Assembly (NCBI GenBank): GCA_963733195.1
Contig: CAVTCR010000062.1
Span: 1 to 64,000 of the forward strand
Direction of reading: 5' to 3'
Source of the DNA: an uncultured delta proteobacterium
Lineage (GTDB): Bacteria; Desulfobacterota; Binatia; Bin18
DNA length: 64,000 bases
The translations under genes and the position numbers were made by a program. The notes below the pieces were generated by a model, which saw nothing but the letters and a program-made list of their open reading frames with translations, made no database searches and was not told where the DNA came from. This document shows, one piece after another, positions 11,010 to 21,117 of this stretch (the first letter of the stretch is position 1; each line of letters starts with the position of its first letter).

Positions 11010-12330
11010 CTAGCTAAACCGTTTCCGCGCTGCTGCTCGCAGTTCCTCACGAAACTGTGGATGTGCAATTTCAATCAACGCTTCAGCCCGTTTCTGTTCA
11101 CTCTTACCGACTAAGCTTGCAATCCCGTACTCAGTCACGACATAGTCAACATAAGTCCGCGGCAGTGACACTATCTGCCCTTCAGGGAACATCGACACAA
11201 TACGTGAAACTGTTCCGCCACGGGCAGTCGACGGCAGCACGGTAATGGAACGTCCGCCCGGAGACAAATACGCACCCAGAACAAAATCAAGCTGGCCAGC
11301 CACACCAGTGTACATCTGTGGACCAAAGGCTTCTGCTGTGACTTGCCCAGTGAAGTCCACCGCTAGCGCATTATTGATGGCAACCTGATTGCGATTCTGC
11401 GCGATCACAGCGGGATTGTTGGTGTAAAAGGCATCGCGCAATTCAACCACCGGATTGTTATCAACGAATGCATAATCTTCTGGCTCCATGAACATTCCCG
11501 TTGCCACCAGCTTCTCGGGATGCAGCGTCTTCCGCCTTCCGGTGATCACTCCACGTTTGTAGAGGTCGATCATCGAAGAGGTAAGAATTTCCGAATGGAC
11601 GCCGAGATCGTTCTTTTCACGCAAATAGAAACCAGTGAACATCGACACCGATCCCAAGCCGATCTGGATCGTGTCACCGTCGTTCACAAGCGACGCGACG
11701 AGCGCGCCAATCTTCTCCGCTGCCTCTTTTTCGTCTGGAGCAATGATTGGCGAGATACGAAATGGAGGAATCGGTTCAGGTTGTTCGACTAAGTAGTCGA
11801 TCTGCGACACAGGCACATAGTTATCACCACCAGTACGGATCACGAGCGGATTGATCTCAGCAATCACTAAACGAGATCTGTTCACCCATTCCCGTGAATA
11901 CCACAGCTGTTCACCGAAGCTGCAAAAGCCTTGGCCATTCGGCGGGGAGAGAGTGAGGAGGCAGACATCGGCATCCATCATCGGAGCAGACCGACCGGGT
12001 TCGAGCCACTTGGCGGGAGAGTAAACAGTATTGATCGAGTAACTCGAGGCGTTTCTCCTGATAGAGTGGCCGGGAGATCGCTGAGAGATATCCTACATGA
12101 AGCTTGAATGCCGAACTTCTTTCTTTCTCAAACCACGGATACGGCTTCATGGTGTTACTGGTGAGTATCTCCACGTCTCGCAACTCTTGCCAGCGATCAC
12201 ACAGCGCATTAGCGATGTACTGCGGTTCCATCGTGCCCAGTCCGATAAGGACGCGTTGGCCGGATTTGATCATCCCAGCGGCTTGTTTGGCGGTGATGAG
12301 TTTGTCTCGATAGTGGTTGCGCCAGTCCAT
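11010..12330 (-). CDS. Acetyl-CoA hydrolase / 4-hydroxybutyrate CoA-transferase family (one frameshift near 12030)
   Basis: N-part MDWRNHYRDKLITAKQAAGMIKSG in one frame; C-part DGDTIQIGLG, DLGVHSE, GQLDFV, SRIV, VTEYGIA in another. Confidence 0.85.
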
Positions 12331-12410
12331 TATTCGCTCCGCTTATTAGTAATGAGAGATGAGTGCTGAAGACTGAGTGGGGACCGGAGCGGATTTTTGC
12401 TCAGTCCTCG

Positions 12411-13416
12411 TTACTCAGTCCTTAATTGCGTTAGCACTTCCTCCGCCTCTTGCACAACATCTCGCACAATCTCTCCCGCCGGCTTGATGTCGTTGATGAG
12501 TGAACATGATTCCCCCGCATAAAGTGCCGTACGTTCCATATCACCAGTAAACCCAGGCATTGGCGGAAAAACACCGTACCGTGGCACCTCAACCGTCGTG
12601 TCGGCCATCTGCATCGTGCCATTCAGGGTCCCTTCTCCCGGCCGTTTGCCAGTGACAGGACGTCCGGCAGCTTCCCATTCGTTGATTTCCTTGTTTCGTA
12701 ACACGCGGTGAGCAGCATCCGGCCAACCAACATCAAAGAGAAGTGTATACACTGTGTCCTCGGCCTTGCTTTTCGTTACTCGCTCTTTGTATGCACGGGA
12801 AACCAAAGTTTCTTCACTACAGAGGAAACGCGTGCCCATCGACACGGCTTGAGCGCCAAGGCTCAGCGCCGCAACCACGCCTCTACCGTTGGCAATACCG
12901 CCAGCCGCAATCACTGGTATCGGTTTTACTGCTTCGACAACTGCCGGAAGAATCGTCGGAAAGCGAAGTCGTGCTCTTCACATGACCACCGGCTTCAACT
13001 CCTTGGGCAATAATCCCGTCCACTCCTGCTGCGGCGGCGGTTTTCGCTTCTTCCACCGAGCCAACTTGGATGAAGACTTTCGTCCCACGCTTGTGGGCTT
13101 CAGCAACATATGGTTTGGGATCGCCCCAGAAGAGGACAAGAATCGGAACTTTCTCGTCGAGGCAGGCTTCGATCTGTCCTTCCTCCAAGAGAGGCAAAAT
13201 AATGTTGACACCGAACGGCTTGTTCGTCAGCGTACGTAGCTTCTGAATTTGCGAGTGAATGTACCGGGCAGGCATTCCACCCATGCCAAGCACGCCGCAC
13301 CCGCCAGCATTTGACACCGCCGCGACCAGTTCTGGTCCCGCCATCCCACCACCCATACCTACAGAGAAGATTGGATACTCAATTCCTAGCTGTTGGCAGA
13401 GTGCGGTTTTCAGCAT
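12411..13416 (-). CDS. Nitronate monooxygenase / FabK-like flavin oxidoreductase (frameshift near 12960)
   Basis: LGIEYPI, LVAAVSNAGG, PFGVN, QGVEAGGH, then IAAGGIANGRG...GTRF in the second frame. Confidence 0.87.
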
Positions 13417-13529
13417 AATGCCTCCTGTAACGGATTTGCAGGGTTTATGTCTCACGAGAAGGAGGAGAAATCAACTCGGGGAACTGTGAGGCTTGAGACT
13501 TGAAATTAGAGGCTGGTAGGAAGAACTAC

Positions 13530-13646
13530 ATGCTGCTGGATGACTTTTTATCAACGTTCGATTTCAATGAAGTTCACACTATCCAAGTGAACGCTCCATC
13601 AAGTCGGGTTTTCTTTGCTCTTAAAGCGCTTACTCCGTCGGAAATC
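13530..13646 (+). pseudogene. Truncated N-terminal gene fragment (DUF2867-like) at the IS insertion point
   Basis: Manual translation MLLDDFLSTFDFNEVHTIQVNAPSSRVFFALKALTPSEI with an upstream GGAAG; ends where the IS-derived sequence begins. Confidence 0.45.
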
Positions 13647-14592
13647 TAGTTGGCGAAAGTCGAGAAGTATTGGATAGTTGGCGTACAGCCTGGACGAGAG
13701 GAGTACGCGAACATGGGGAAGCAGGATACAAACACGGAAGCGGTATTTGTCGGATTTGACTGACGAACAATGGGAGATTCTGGAGCTGATGCTTCCTGCT
13801 CCACGCACCCAACACGGCGGTGCGCCTCGCCGGATTGACATGCGCGCGGTGCTCGACACGTTGCTCTATCAGAATCGGACCGGGTGTCAGTGGGATATGT
13901 TACCGCATGATTTGCTCCCGAAGAGCACGGTCTACGACTACTTTGCGCAGTGGCGAGATGACGGCACGTGGGCCAAGATCGTCGGCTTGTTGCGCACGCG
14001 GGTACGTATCCAAGAAGGGCGTGAGCCAACTCCCAGTGCGGCCTGCATCGACAGCCAATCGGTCAAGACGACGGAAGTAGGCGGCTCAGAGCGAGGATAT
14101 GACGGAGGCAAGAAAATCAACGGGCGCAAACAGCAGGTGCTGGTAGACACGCTCAGGTTCCTGCTCGTCGTTTTGATCACGAGTGCCGCGCTGGATGATG
14201 GGGCCGCCGCCGTTAAGCTGCTCGCCCAAATCAGCGCCGAAGATTTCCCGCGCCTCAGCGCATCTTTGGTGATAGCAAGTATCACAATCATGACTTGGAG
14301 GCGTGGCTCAAAGAGATCGGCCGGGATGGCGGATGGAAGTGAAGAAGCGCCCAGAAGGAACCACTGGCTTTGTTCCGCTCCCCAAGCGCTGGGTAGTGGA
14401 ACGGACCAACGCCTGGCATGGGCGCGCCCGCCGCAACAGCAAAGATTATGAACGTCCGCCCGAATCAAGCGCCGCGCGGATCCATTGGAGTCACATCCAG
14501 TTAATGCTCCATCGCCTGAGCCCGGACCTCACCCGGAATTCCAATACCGAAAAGAGGCCGCCTAAAATGACAGGAAGTTACCGGATAGCCTC
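13647..14592 (+). mobile_element. IS5-family insertion sequence (IS1031-like), transposase frameshifted
   Basis: YLSDLTDEQW, RTGCQW.MLP.D, IDSQSVKT, GYDGGKKINGRK, KRWVVERT; right end CCGGATAGCCTC followed by TTA; left IR not visible. Confidence 0.88.
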
Positions 14593-14770
14593 TTAAACGC
14601 TTACTCCGTCGGAAAATGCTGTCAAGATTCGCGAGGATAATTGTAGAGGAACTAGCATTCCCCCGAAAAAGGGGCGTCCAAGGTAGTGATGGCAAAAGCG
14701 CAGTGTAGCCCACCACTCCGTCTCCATAGCATCCTGACAAACCGTCTCACTCCCGTTATATTCACAAACA

Positions 14771-15163
14771 GTGGGACCGTTACTCATCATCGACGGCTTC
14801 AACGTACTGCATGCTGGTGTCCTCACTGGCCGTGATCGTGCCAACTGGTGGCATGCATCTAGGCAGCGTCGCTTGGTTGAATGTGTCGAATCCTGTACAG
14901 ATCCAGCATATACGGACATCTGGATTATTTTCGATCGCCGTACTAACACGCAGACTAAATCCGAGGACGTCTCAAGTAGCGATCCACGTATCAACATTTT
15001 CTACGCACCATCCGCCGACGATTGGATCGTGACGCAAGTGAGCGAATTTGCCAGTCAGCGAACAATCACCGTCGTCACCGCAGATCGATTATTGCGCGAG
15101 CGCGTACGGCAAGCTGGTGGAATCCTCTGTTCACCGATCCAATTCTTGGCGACGTGCGGCTAG
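14771..15163 (+). CDS. YacP-like NYN (PIN-fold) domain protein
   Basis: LIIDGFNVLH, IIFD, SADDWI, VVTADRLL. Confidence 0.8.
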   Translation: MGPLLIIDGFNVLHAGVLTGRDRANWWHASRQRRLVECVESCTDPAYTDIWIIFDRRTNTQTKSEDVSSSDPRINIFYAPSADDWIVTQVSEFASQRTITVVTADRLLRERVRQAGGILCSPIQFLATCG

Positions 15164-15462
15164 CCGGCCACTATCGTGTAAAAAGATTGTAGAAAACCGC
15201 GCCAAAACTGTTTTCGGGCGTAAGCTTGACAGCATGCCAAGAAATGGTCCATTCTACTCCCCAGATAAAGCGAGTAAGGGGTATTTGCTGACTGATCGAT
15301 TGTTCATCCCTGCCACAGAAAAAGGAGATTGCCATTATGAAACGAAAAGTCCGCTGCGAACGCGAGCCACCGTCGAGTTAAACAAACATCATCGCCTCTG
15401 GGTCATCCTGACGTTTCCAACGCAGTATCTTTGGTAACTGTCCACAGAAGAAGGAGGGCATT

Positions 15463-17207
15463 ATGCCACAATTCGATACCATCATTAAAAATGGCACAGT
15501 CATCGATGGAACCCGCGTTCCGCGTTATCGTGCAGACATTGGCGTTAAGAATGGCAAGATCGCTCAGATCGGTCGCCTCAATAGCAGCGATGCAAAAAAG
15601 GTTGTTGATGCCAACGGCCTCATCGTCGCCCCTGGGTTTATTGATCTCCATACCCACTACGATGCCCAGCTTCACTGGGACCCGTATTGCACAATTGGCA
15701 GTTGGCATGGCGTGACATCAGTCACGATCGGCAACTGCGGATTCGGTTTTGCGCCGCTTCGTCCACAAGATGCGGACCGCGCGATGTTAGCCTTGTCCCG
15801 CACTGAGGCGATTCCCCTGGAACCGATGCGCGTGTCGATGAAGGTCGATTGGGAAACCTTCCCACAATACATGGACCGCCTGTCCCGCATGCCGCTCGGC
15901 ATCAACGTGTCTCACCTCTTCCCAATTGCTCCAGCAGTAGCCTATGTCATGGGCGGATTTGACGAGGCCAAGAAGCGTTTCCCCAATGAAAAAGAGATGA
16001 ACACCATCATCGGCCATTTCAAAGAGGCTATGAAGGTTGGCGCAGCAGGCTGGTCGGCGCAGCGTCTCGTGCCAGAAGGCCGCGTGTCAGTACAACGCGA
16101 CTACGACGGTACGCCAATGATCACCGACATTCTGCCTGATGAGTTCTACATGACATGGCGAAAGCGATGGCCGAGACCGGAGATGGTTGTATTCAGTTCA
16201 CCCAGTCCGGTGCCAGTGAAAACTCGTTCGGCATCGACGATGACTTCCGTTTCCTGGAGAAGATGTGTGAAACGCCGGGCGCCCGTTGCTCTACAACGCC
16301 ATCATAATCAGTGATCGTCACCCAGAATCGCACAAAGCGCAAATGAATTGGGTCGAAGCCGCCAACGCCCGTGGCGTACGCGTGTTTGGACAAGCAGTGA
16401 CTGCTCGCGCGCCAGTGCGCATGACCTTAGAAGACTGGAACCTGTTTGACAGCATTCCGGCGTGGAAGGACGCGACCCTCGGCACGGTTGAAGAACGCAA
16501 AGCCAAGATGTCGAAGCCTGAGCTGCGTGCGGAGATGCGTGCAGACTACGATAAAGGTGGCATGGATACGTTGAACATCGTCTTCGGCGAGTTCCACAAG
16601 TTCATTGCCCGTAAAGTGCGCAACACTGACCTCAAGTTGAAATACGAAGGCATGTCAGTCACTCAGATCGCCGAGAAGGAAGGGAAACACGTCATTGACG
16701 CGATGCTCGACCTCTCAGTGGCTGACGATCTACGTACCGAATGGGCAGGCCCCATCGAGAACGCCAACATCGCGGGCTACAAGGATCTGATGAGCTCGCC
16801 TTACATTATGCCAGGCGTATCAGACGGTGGCGCGCACGTGAAGTTCATCACCCCTGCTATCTATCCGACCGAAGTGTTGTCGTGGCTCGTCCGCGAGACC
16901 AACACTGATCACGTTGGAAGAGGCACATTTCCGTCTCAGCGGTTTGATGGCATGGGCAGCAGGCTTCAAGGATCGTGGCACACTGCGTGAGGGCATGGCG
17001 GCTGACATCGTGGTCTACGATAACAACACTGTGAACTCGCTGCCGAGTGAGATCCTCTACGATCTTCCGGCTAACGAATGGCGTCGCGTACAAAAGGCGA
17101 CGGGCTACAAACACATCCTTGTGAACGGTGTCGAGACCTTCCAAGATGGCAACTGCACTGGAGCCACCTCAGGCAAGCTGCTCCGTAGCGGCCGCGCGGT
17201 TGACTAA
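15463..17207 (+). CDS. N-acyl-D-amino-acid deacylase-family amidohydrolase (at least 2 frameshifts)
   Basis: IKNGTVIDGT, APGFIDLHTHYD, GNCG, SDGGAH, DRGTLREGMAADIVVYD, spread over ORFs 15463, 16286 and 16914. Confidence 0.87.
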
Positions 17208-17216
17208 CAGCTAGTG

Positions 17217-17251
17217 AAAGGCGGGGCGATCACCATCCTGCCCCGCCTTTG
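17217..17251 (+). terminator. GC-rich hairpin terminator after the amidohydrolase
   Basis: AAAGGCGGGGC-loop-GCCCCGCCTTT. Confidence 0.65.
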
Positions 17252-17389
17252 TCTCACTGCATAGAAATACGGAGCGCCCACGGCATGCTCGGAAAGAGAG
17301 CGGTGCCGACACCTCACAGAGGTTAGAGGTCTGTCGAATTCGGACAAACAGGCATGGGCGATAAGGTAGTGAAACTGGAACTTGAGGAA

Positions 17390-17488
17390 GCTTAACTGGA
17401 CCGTGCACGTGACCGCCGCCCGGTTGCGGTTTAGGGAGAACGTGAAAAGTCTCGGTTGGGCGGCAAATGGTAACCGGGCGCGTTAGCC
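17390..17488 (+). mobile_element. Integron attC-like recombination site
   Basis: Begins with RYYYAAC (GCTTAAC), has an internal inverted repeat GCCGCCC...GGGCGGC and ends GTTAGCC; 99 bp long. Confidence 0.7.
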
Positions 17489-17544
17489 CGCTACCACCAT
17501 AAGCTTCAGCAGGATAATATAGGATCGCAACATGTGAGGTACTT

Positions 17545-17820
17545 ATGACAACTATTACACTACCGCCTGAAGTTGAAGGGCCACTAGCGGAGGAAGCCCG
17601 AAAAAACGGCACCACACCCGAATTACTGGCAGTTGACTGCTTGCGCAAACTCTTCACCTCGTCACCAACGACAAGAACGCCTGCGGAAGGGGAAACTCTC
17701 TTTGATTTCCTTTCTGGCTATGCTGGTACGGTAAGTGGGACGACCGAGGCACTCTCAGAAAACTGCGGCCAACGCTTTGCTCAGGGGCTTGTTGAGAAAC
17801 AACAACGAGGACACGTGTGA
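17545..17820 (+). CDS. Putative antitoxin (partner of the PIN toxin)
   Basis: 91 aa, MTTITLPPEVEGPL..EARK, RHH-like start; overlaps the toxin start (GTGA). Confidence 0.75.
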   Translation: MTTITLPPEVEGPLAEEARKNGTTPELLAVDCLRKLFTSSPTTRTPAEGETLFDFLSGYAGTVSGTTEALSENCGQRFAQGLVEKQQRGHV

Positions 17821-18227
17821 CCCTCACTGACACTGGTCCTCTGCTTGCCCTTGTCAATAAGAATGACCCAAATCATCGGAAGTGTCTGGACGTCACGAAA
17901 CGCTTGCCTGCGGGACCCCTCGTGACGACGTGGCCGTGTTTTACTGAAGCGATGTATCTGGTCTTCCAGGCTGGCGGGTATACGGCACAGGCAGAACTGT
18001 GGCGCTGGCGGGCGGCAGGCCGACTGAGCTTGCACGACTTGACGGGGAACGAAGTGGATCGCATGGCTGCGCTGATGGACAAATACAAAGACAGACCGAT
18101 GGATCTGGCGGATGCTTCACTGGTGGCGACAGTCGAACGGCTTGGTATGCGGCGTATCTTCACTCTGGACAGTGACTTTTACATCTACCGCTTGGCAGAT
18201 GGCTCTGCCTTGGAATGCATTCCCTAG
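17817..18227 (+). CDS. vapC: PIN-domain VapC-family toxin
   Basis: DTGPLLAL...D.NH, TEAMYL, MDLADASLV, IFTLDSDF. Confidence 0.9.
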   Translation: MTLTDTGPLLALVNKNDPNHRKCLDVTKRLPAGPLVTTWPCFTEAMYLVFQAGGYTAQAELWRWRAAGRLSLHDLTGNEVDRMAALMDKYKDRPMDLADASLVATVERLGMRRIFTLDSDFYIYRLADGSALECIP

Positions 18228-18284
18228 CTCGTCATCAACGTGAAGGAAGGGAAATCGGGCTAACACGCGGTGAACAGTTCTGTA

Positions 18285-19037
18285 CTACCCACCGAGAACA
18301 ATCTTCTGTTGTGTAAACGTCACCCCTTCATCTGGGTCAAGTGTTGCAAGCACGACACTCCCGCCATCGTTCACTCCAAGATGCAGTGGCGCAGGCGTCC
18401 CAGGATAACACGCTTTGGTAGAACCTTGTGTAAGGTCAGTGAAGACATGGACATGCCCCATCGCCAAATAGTCAAGTCCAGACTGGGCAATCTCGGCAGG
18501 TTTCACGAGCGACGAGCGTTGCATCTCCTCCTCTTCGACAAAATATCCGTGTGCCATGCCGATGTGCCAGAAATCCCCTGTGCGTGATGGCACGCCAGCA
18601 AGTGGACGATAGCGATTGTCATGCTCCACTAACCCCTTCCCCCACACCGTCGCGTGCAAGTCTGGAAACTCTAACGTCTCCCCTTCTTCGTGCGTAAGCG
18701 GATAGACGTGCTCACCGATCGCCCGAAAATCTACCTTCTTGTAAATCGAACGCTGGTCGTAGCAGTCGTGATTGCCAGGAATCAAAATCACCGGACAGGA
18801 AAGCCGTGAGAGTTCGTTATGGACAAACTCTACTCCAGATTCTGGTACGCGGTTGGAATCAAAAAGATCGCCCGCGATTAAAAACAGATCCGCCTGTTCT
18901 TGCAGCACACGATCGACCACACATTGAAACGCGTGCTGAATTTTGCGACGAAACGCTTGCCCTTCCGCGCTTTTGCCGAAGGTATCGCTTTCGAGGTGGA
19001 CGTCGGAGGTATGAATAATCTTGATACGGCGGCGCAT
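18285..19037 (-). CDS. Metallophosphoesterase, SbcD/Mre11-like nuclease domain only
   Basis: HTSDVHL, AGDLFD, PGNHD, AHG, GHVH, YPG. Confidence 0.88.
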   Translation of the reverse strand: MRRRIKIIHTSDVHLESDTFGKSAEGQAFRRKIQHAFQCVVDRVLQEQADLFLIAGDLFDSNRVPESGVEFVHNELSRLSCPVILIPGNHDCYDQRSIYKKVDFRAIGEHVYPLTHEEGETLEFPDLHATVWGKGLVEHDNRYRPLAGVPSRTGDFWHIGMAHGYFVEEEEMQRSSLVKPAEIAQSGLDYLAMGHVHVFTDLTQGSTKACYPGTPAPLHLGVNDGGSVVLATLDPDEGVTFTQQKIVLGG

Positions 19038-19047
19038 GTGATGTTCC

Positions 19048-19515
19048 TTAGGAAGACTTCGGACCCCGGGCTCCGGGCTCCGGACTTTTTCGCGGGAGAA
19101 TGACCGTAGCGTTGCCCAATGTGAGTTTCGCACCTTGAGCATTCTCGGCCCAAATTTCACACTCAACGTAGCCCTTCTCATCGGCAATCCAGGTACGTGT
19201 CACGGTTCCCTTACAAATGAGGGGTTCGTTGACATAGGCAATGTCACGATTGGCGTACGAGAGTTTCTTAAGCGTTCCGGCTTCGCCGATCCAATGCGTC
19301 ATCAATTGTGAAAGAAAGGCTCCGCGGAGCGGCCCGTGCACGATGACATCGCGATAGCCTTCGGTTAACGTGTAATCTTTATCGAAGTGAATCCGTTGTG
19401 GGTTCCAGGTTATGGCACTATAAAGAAATAACAGCGTGTTTGATGGCGTCTTGCACAATTCTGGGATCGCTGTTCCCTCAGCGGCATCTTCAAAGTACAG
19501 TTGTCTCGTGCTCAT
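19048..19515 (-). CDS. MaoC-like (hot-dog) dehydratase
   Basis: NPQRIHFD...GYRDVIVHGPL. Confidence 0.87.
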   Translation of the reverse strand: MSTRQLYFEDAAEGTAIPELCKTPSNTLLFLYSAITWNPQRIHFDKDYTLTEGYRDVIVHGPLRGAFLSQLMTHWIGEAGTLKKLSYANRDIAYVNEPLICKGTVTRTWIADEKGYVECEIWAENAQGAKLTLGNATVILPRKSPEPGARGPKSS

Positions 19516-19532
19516 TTTCCGTCTCTAACAGC

Positions 19533-19616
19533 GTCACCCTTCGACGGGCTCAGGGTGACTGGAACTGGGAATCATGCCCATAGAATCTCCGTTCGTGCTG
19601 AGCTTGTCGAAGCACG
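19533..19616. repeat. Palindromic repeat doublet of the CTTCGAC-n-GCTCAG type
   Basis: GTCACCCTTCGACGGGCTCAGGGTGAC and CGTGCTGAGCTTGTCGAAGCACG in inverted orientation; the same core occurs inside tsaD. Confidence 0.7.
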
Positions 19617-19620
19617 TTCC

Positions 19621-20118
19621 TCAGCGCAAAATTGCCGCGCCCTTCTCTACCAGCACTAGCTCACCTTTCTGATTGGTAAATGAAGTCTCACGCATAACAA
19701 AAATCAGCGGTCCAGTGCGACCGTCTTTCTGATAAATGTCGGTAATCTTACAACGCCCCATCAATGTATCGCCGACGCGAATTGGCACGAAGAATTCGAT
19801 TTCTGTTCCGCCATCCATGAGTCGTGGCAGCGGGGTTGGCGGAATAGGGAACTTTCCTTCGTATGGTAAGCCGTCGGCGCGCAGCTCGTTTTCCGGGACA
19901 GGATTCGTAAGCGGAGCCATGTAGAATAACGGTGGCGCAATTAACCCGCCGTAGCGACTACGCCTCGCTTTGCCCTCATCAAGGTAGAGCGGATTCAAGT
20001 CATCAGTCGCAACCGCAAACCGCTTCACATCGAGTGTGGTTACCTCGATAGTCCAAGGTGGAGTTTCTTTCCCAATCCACGAGCGAATCTCGTCGGTAAT
20101 GAGCGATTGCTGTGTCAT
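19621..20118 (-). CDS. MaoC dehydratase N-terminal (FAS1-like) domain protein
   Basis: VKRFAVATDDLNPLY.D, YGGLIAPP, GGTEIEFFVPIRVGD, FTNQKGELV. Confidence 0.87.
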   Translation of the reverse strand: MTQQSLITDEIRSWIGKETPPWTIEVTTLDVKRFAVATDDLNPLYLDEGKARRSRYGGLIAPPLFYMAPLTNPVPENELRADGLPYEGKFPIPPTPLPRLMDGGTEIEFFVPIRVGDTLMGRCKITDIYQKDGRTGPLIFVMRETSFTNQKGELVLVEKGAAILR

Positions 20119-20524
20119 CGATGCATCTCGCCTGCGAATGTAGACTTCAACTGTCCACATGGCATAGCAGGTCAGTTTGGCAAGAGGAAGAGGAGAAGCG
20201 AGTGAAGTGGTTATGGAATGGCGAATTTAGGTTGTGGAATCCCAGCACGGCGATGCATCGCCGTGCGATAAGAATAGTGTCCCATGAATAGGGTGGTGAA
20301 CCAGATCTCATTCGGTGCCGTCTTGTAGCATAGGCATTTATGATGCTAGTGGAAGGCTTCCCTTAGCCTATTTCAGCTCGGAGCTTCAGAGGAATCAAGA
20401 AGGGGGCCGTAGCGCTGCCACCTATAAAGCGGGGAGAATCCATCTCACTCATAATCTGTAAAATCCGGATGGGATGTTGAAAAAGCACATGATCTACGAG
20501 ACCATGGCAGGAAATGGAGGATGT

Positions 20525-20821
20525 ATGGCACAGGCCCGAACTCAAGAATTGCTTGAACTAGTCCGAGACACTCAGACTAACCTGCTCGATTACCTGCGCC
20601 GTGCAGATGAACGGCAAGAACGACAGAATCACGCTGTATTGACCGCGCTGGGAGAAATTCAGAAGGGACAAGAAAGTATCGCACGGCTCGTGCTCCAGCA
20701 AAGCGAAATGCTCCGCCAGCAAAGTGAGATGCTCCGAGATATGCATGCAATGACCGCGCGCGTAATGGAACAAAGCAATCAGATCTTATTGCAACTTGGT
20801 GGCAGCGGCGCAACACATTAG
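20525..20821 (+). CDS. Small coiled-coil hypothetical protein with a QQSEMLR heptad duplication
   Basis: GGAGG RBS, helical Q/E/L/R-rich 98-aa ORF. Confidence 0.6.
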   Translation: MAQARTQELLELVRDTQTNLLDYLRRADERQERQNHAVLTALGEIQKGQESIARLVLQQSEMLRQQSEMLRDMHAMTARVMEQSNQILLQLGGSGATH

Positions 20822-20827
20822 TAAGGT

Positions 20828-20857
20828 AAGCCGGAATAAGCGGAATGTTTCCGGCAG
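20828..20857. repeat. REP-like hairpin (GTAG-type variant)
   Basis: GTAAGCCGGAATAAGCGGAATGTTTCCGGCA; GCCGGAA/TTCCGGC stem. Confidence 0.5.
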
Positions 20858-21117
20858 ATGAACTGGCGTTACGGCGCTCCACGGCCTGCGGCAAAGGGAT
20901 TCTTCTGCCGTTTCTTCTCGCATTCCAGTGTAATAATCCCAAGCCCGGTTGCGCCGCAGCCGTCTGCCCCTGCCTCCGGGCGGTCACTGGACGAACGGAC
21001 GTGTTCCAAAGCACTTCTGCGTACTACGCTTTATCAGAATTTCGGTGATTTTGTCTATATTTCATCATAATTGATCGCAGTTCACCGCCGGAGACAGACC
21101 TCCCCGTTTTGGAAGCG

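Noticed and set aside
17260-17395. Group II intron 5' fragment after a terminator (GCGCCC...GGCATGGGCG...GGAACTTGAGGAAGC)
   Set aside because: No GTGCG start, no domain V or RT nearby. The region is better explained as a cassette remnant ending at the attC site.
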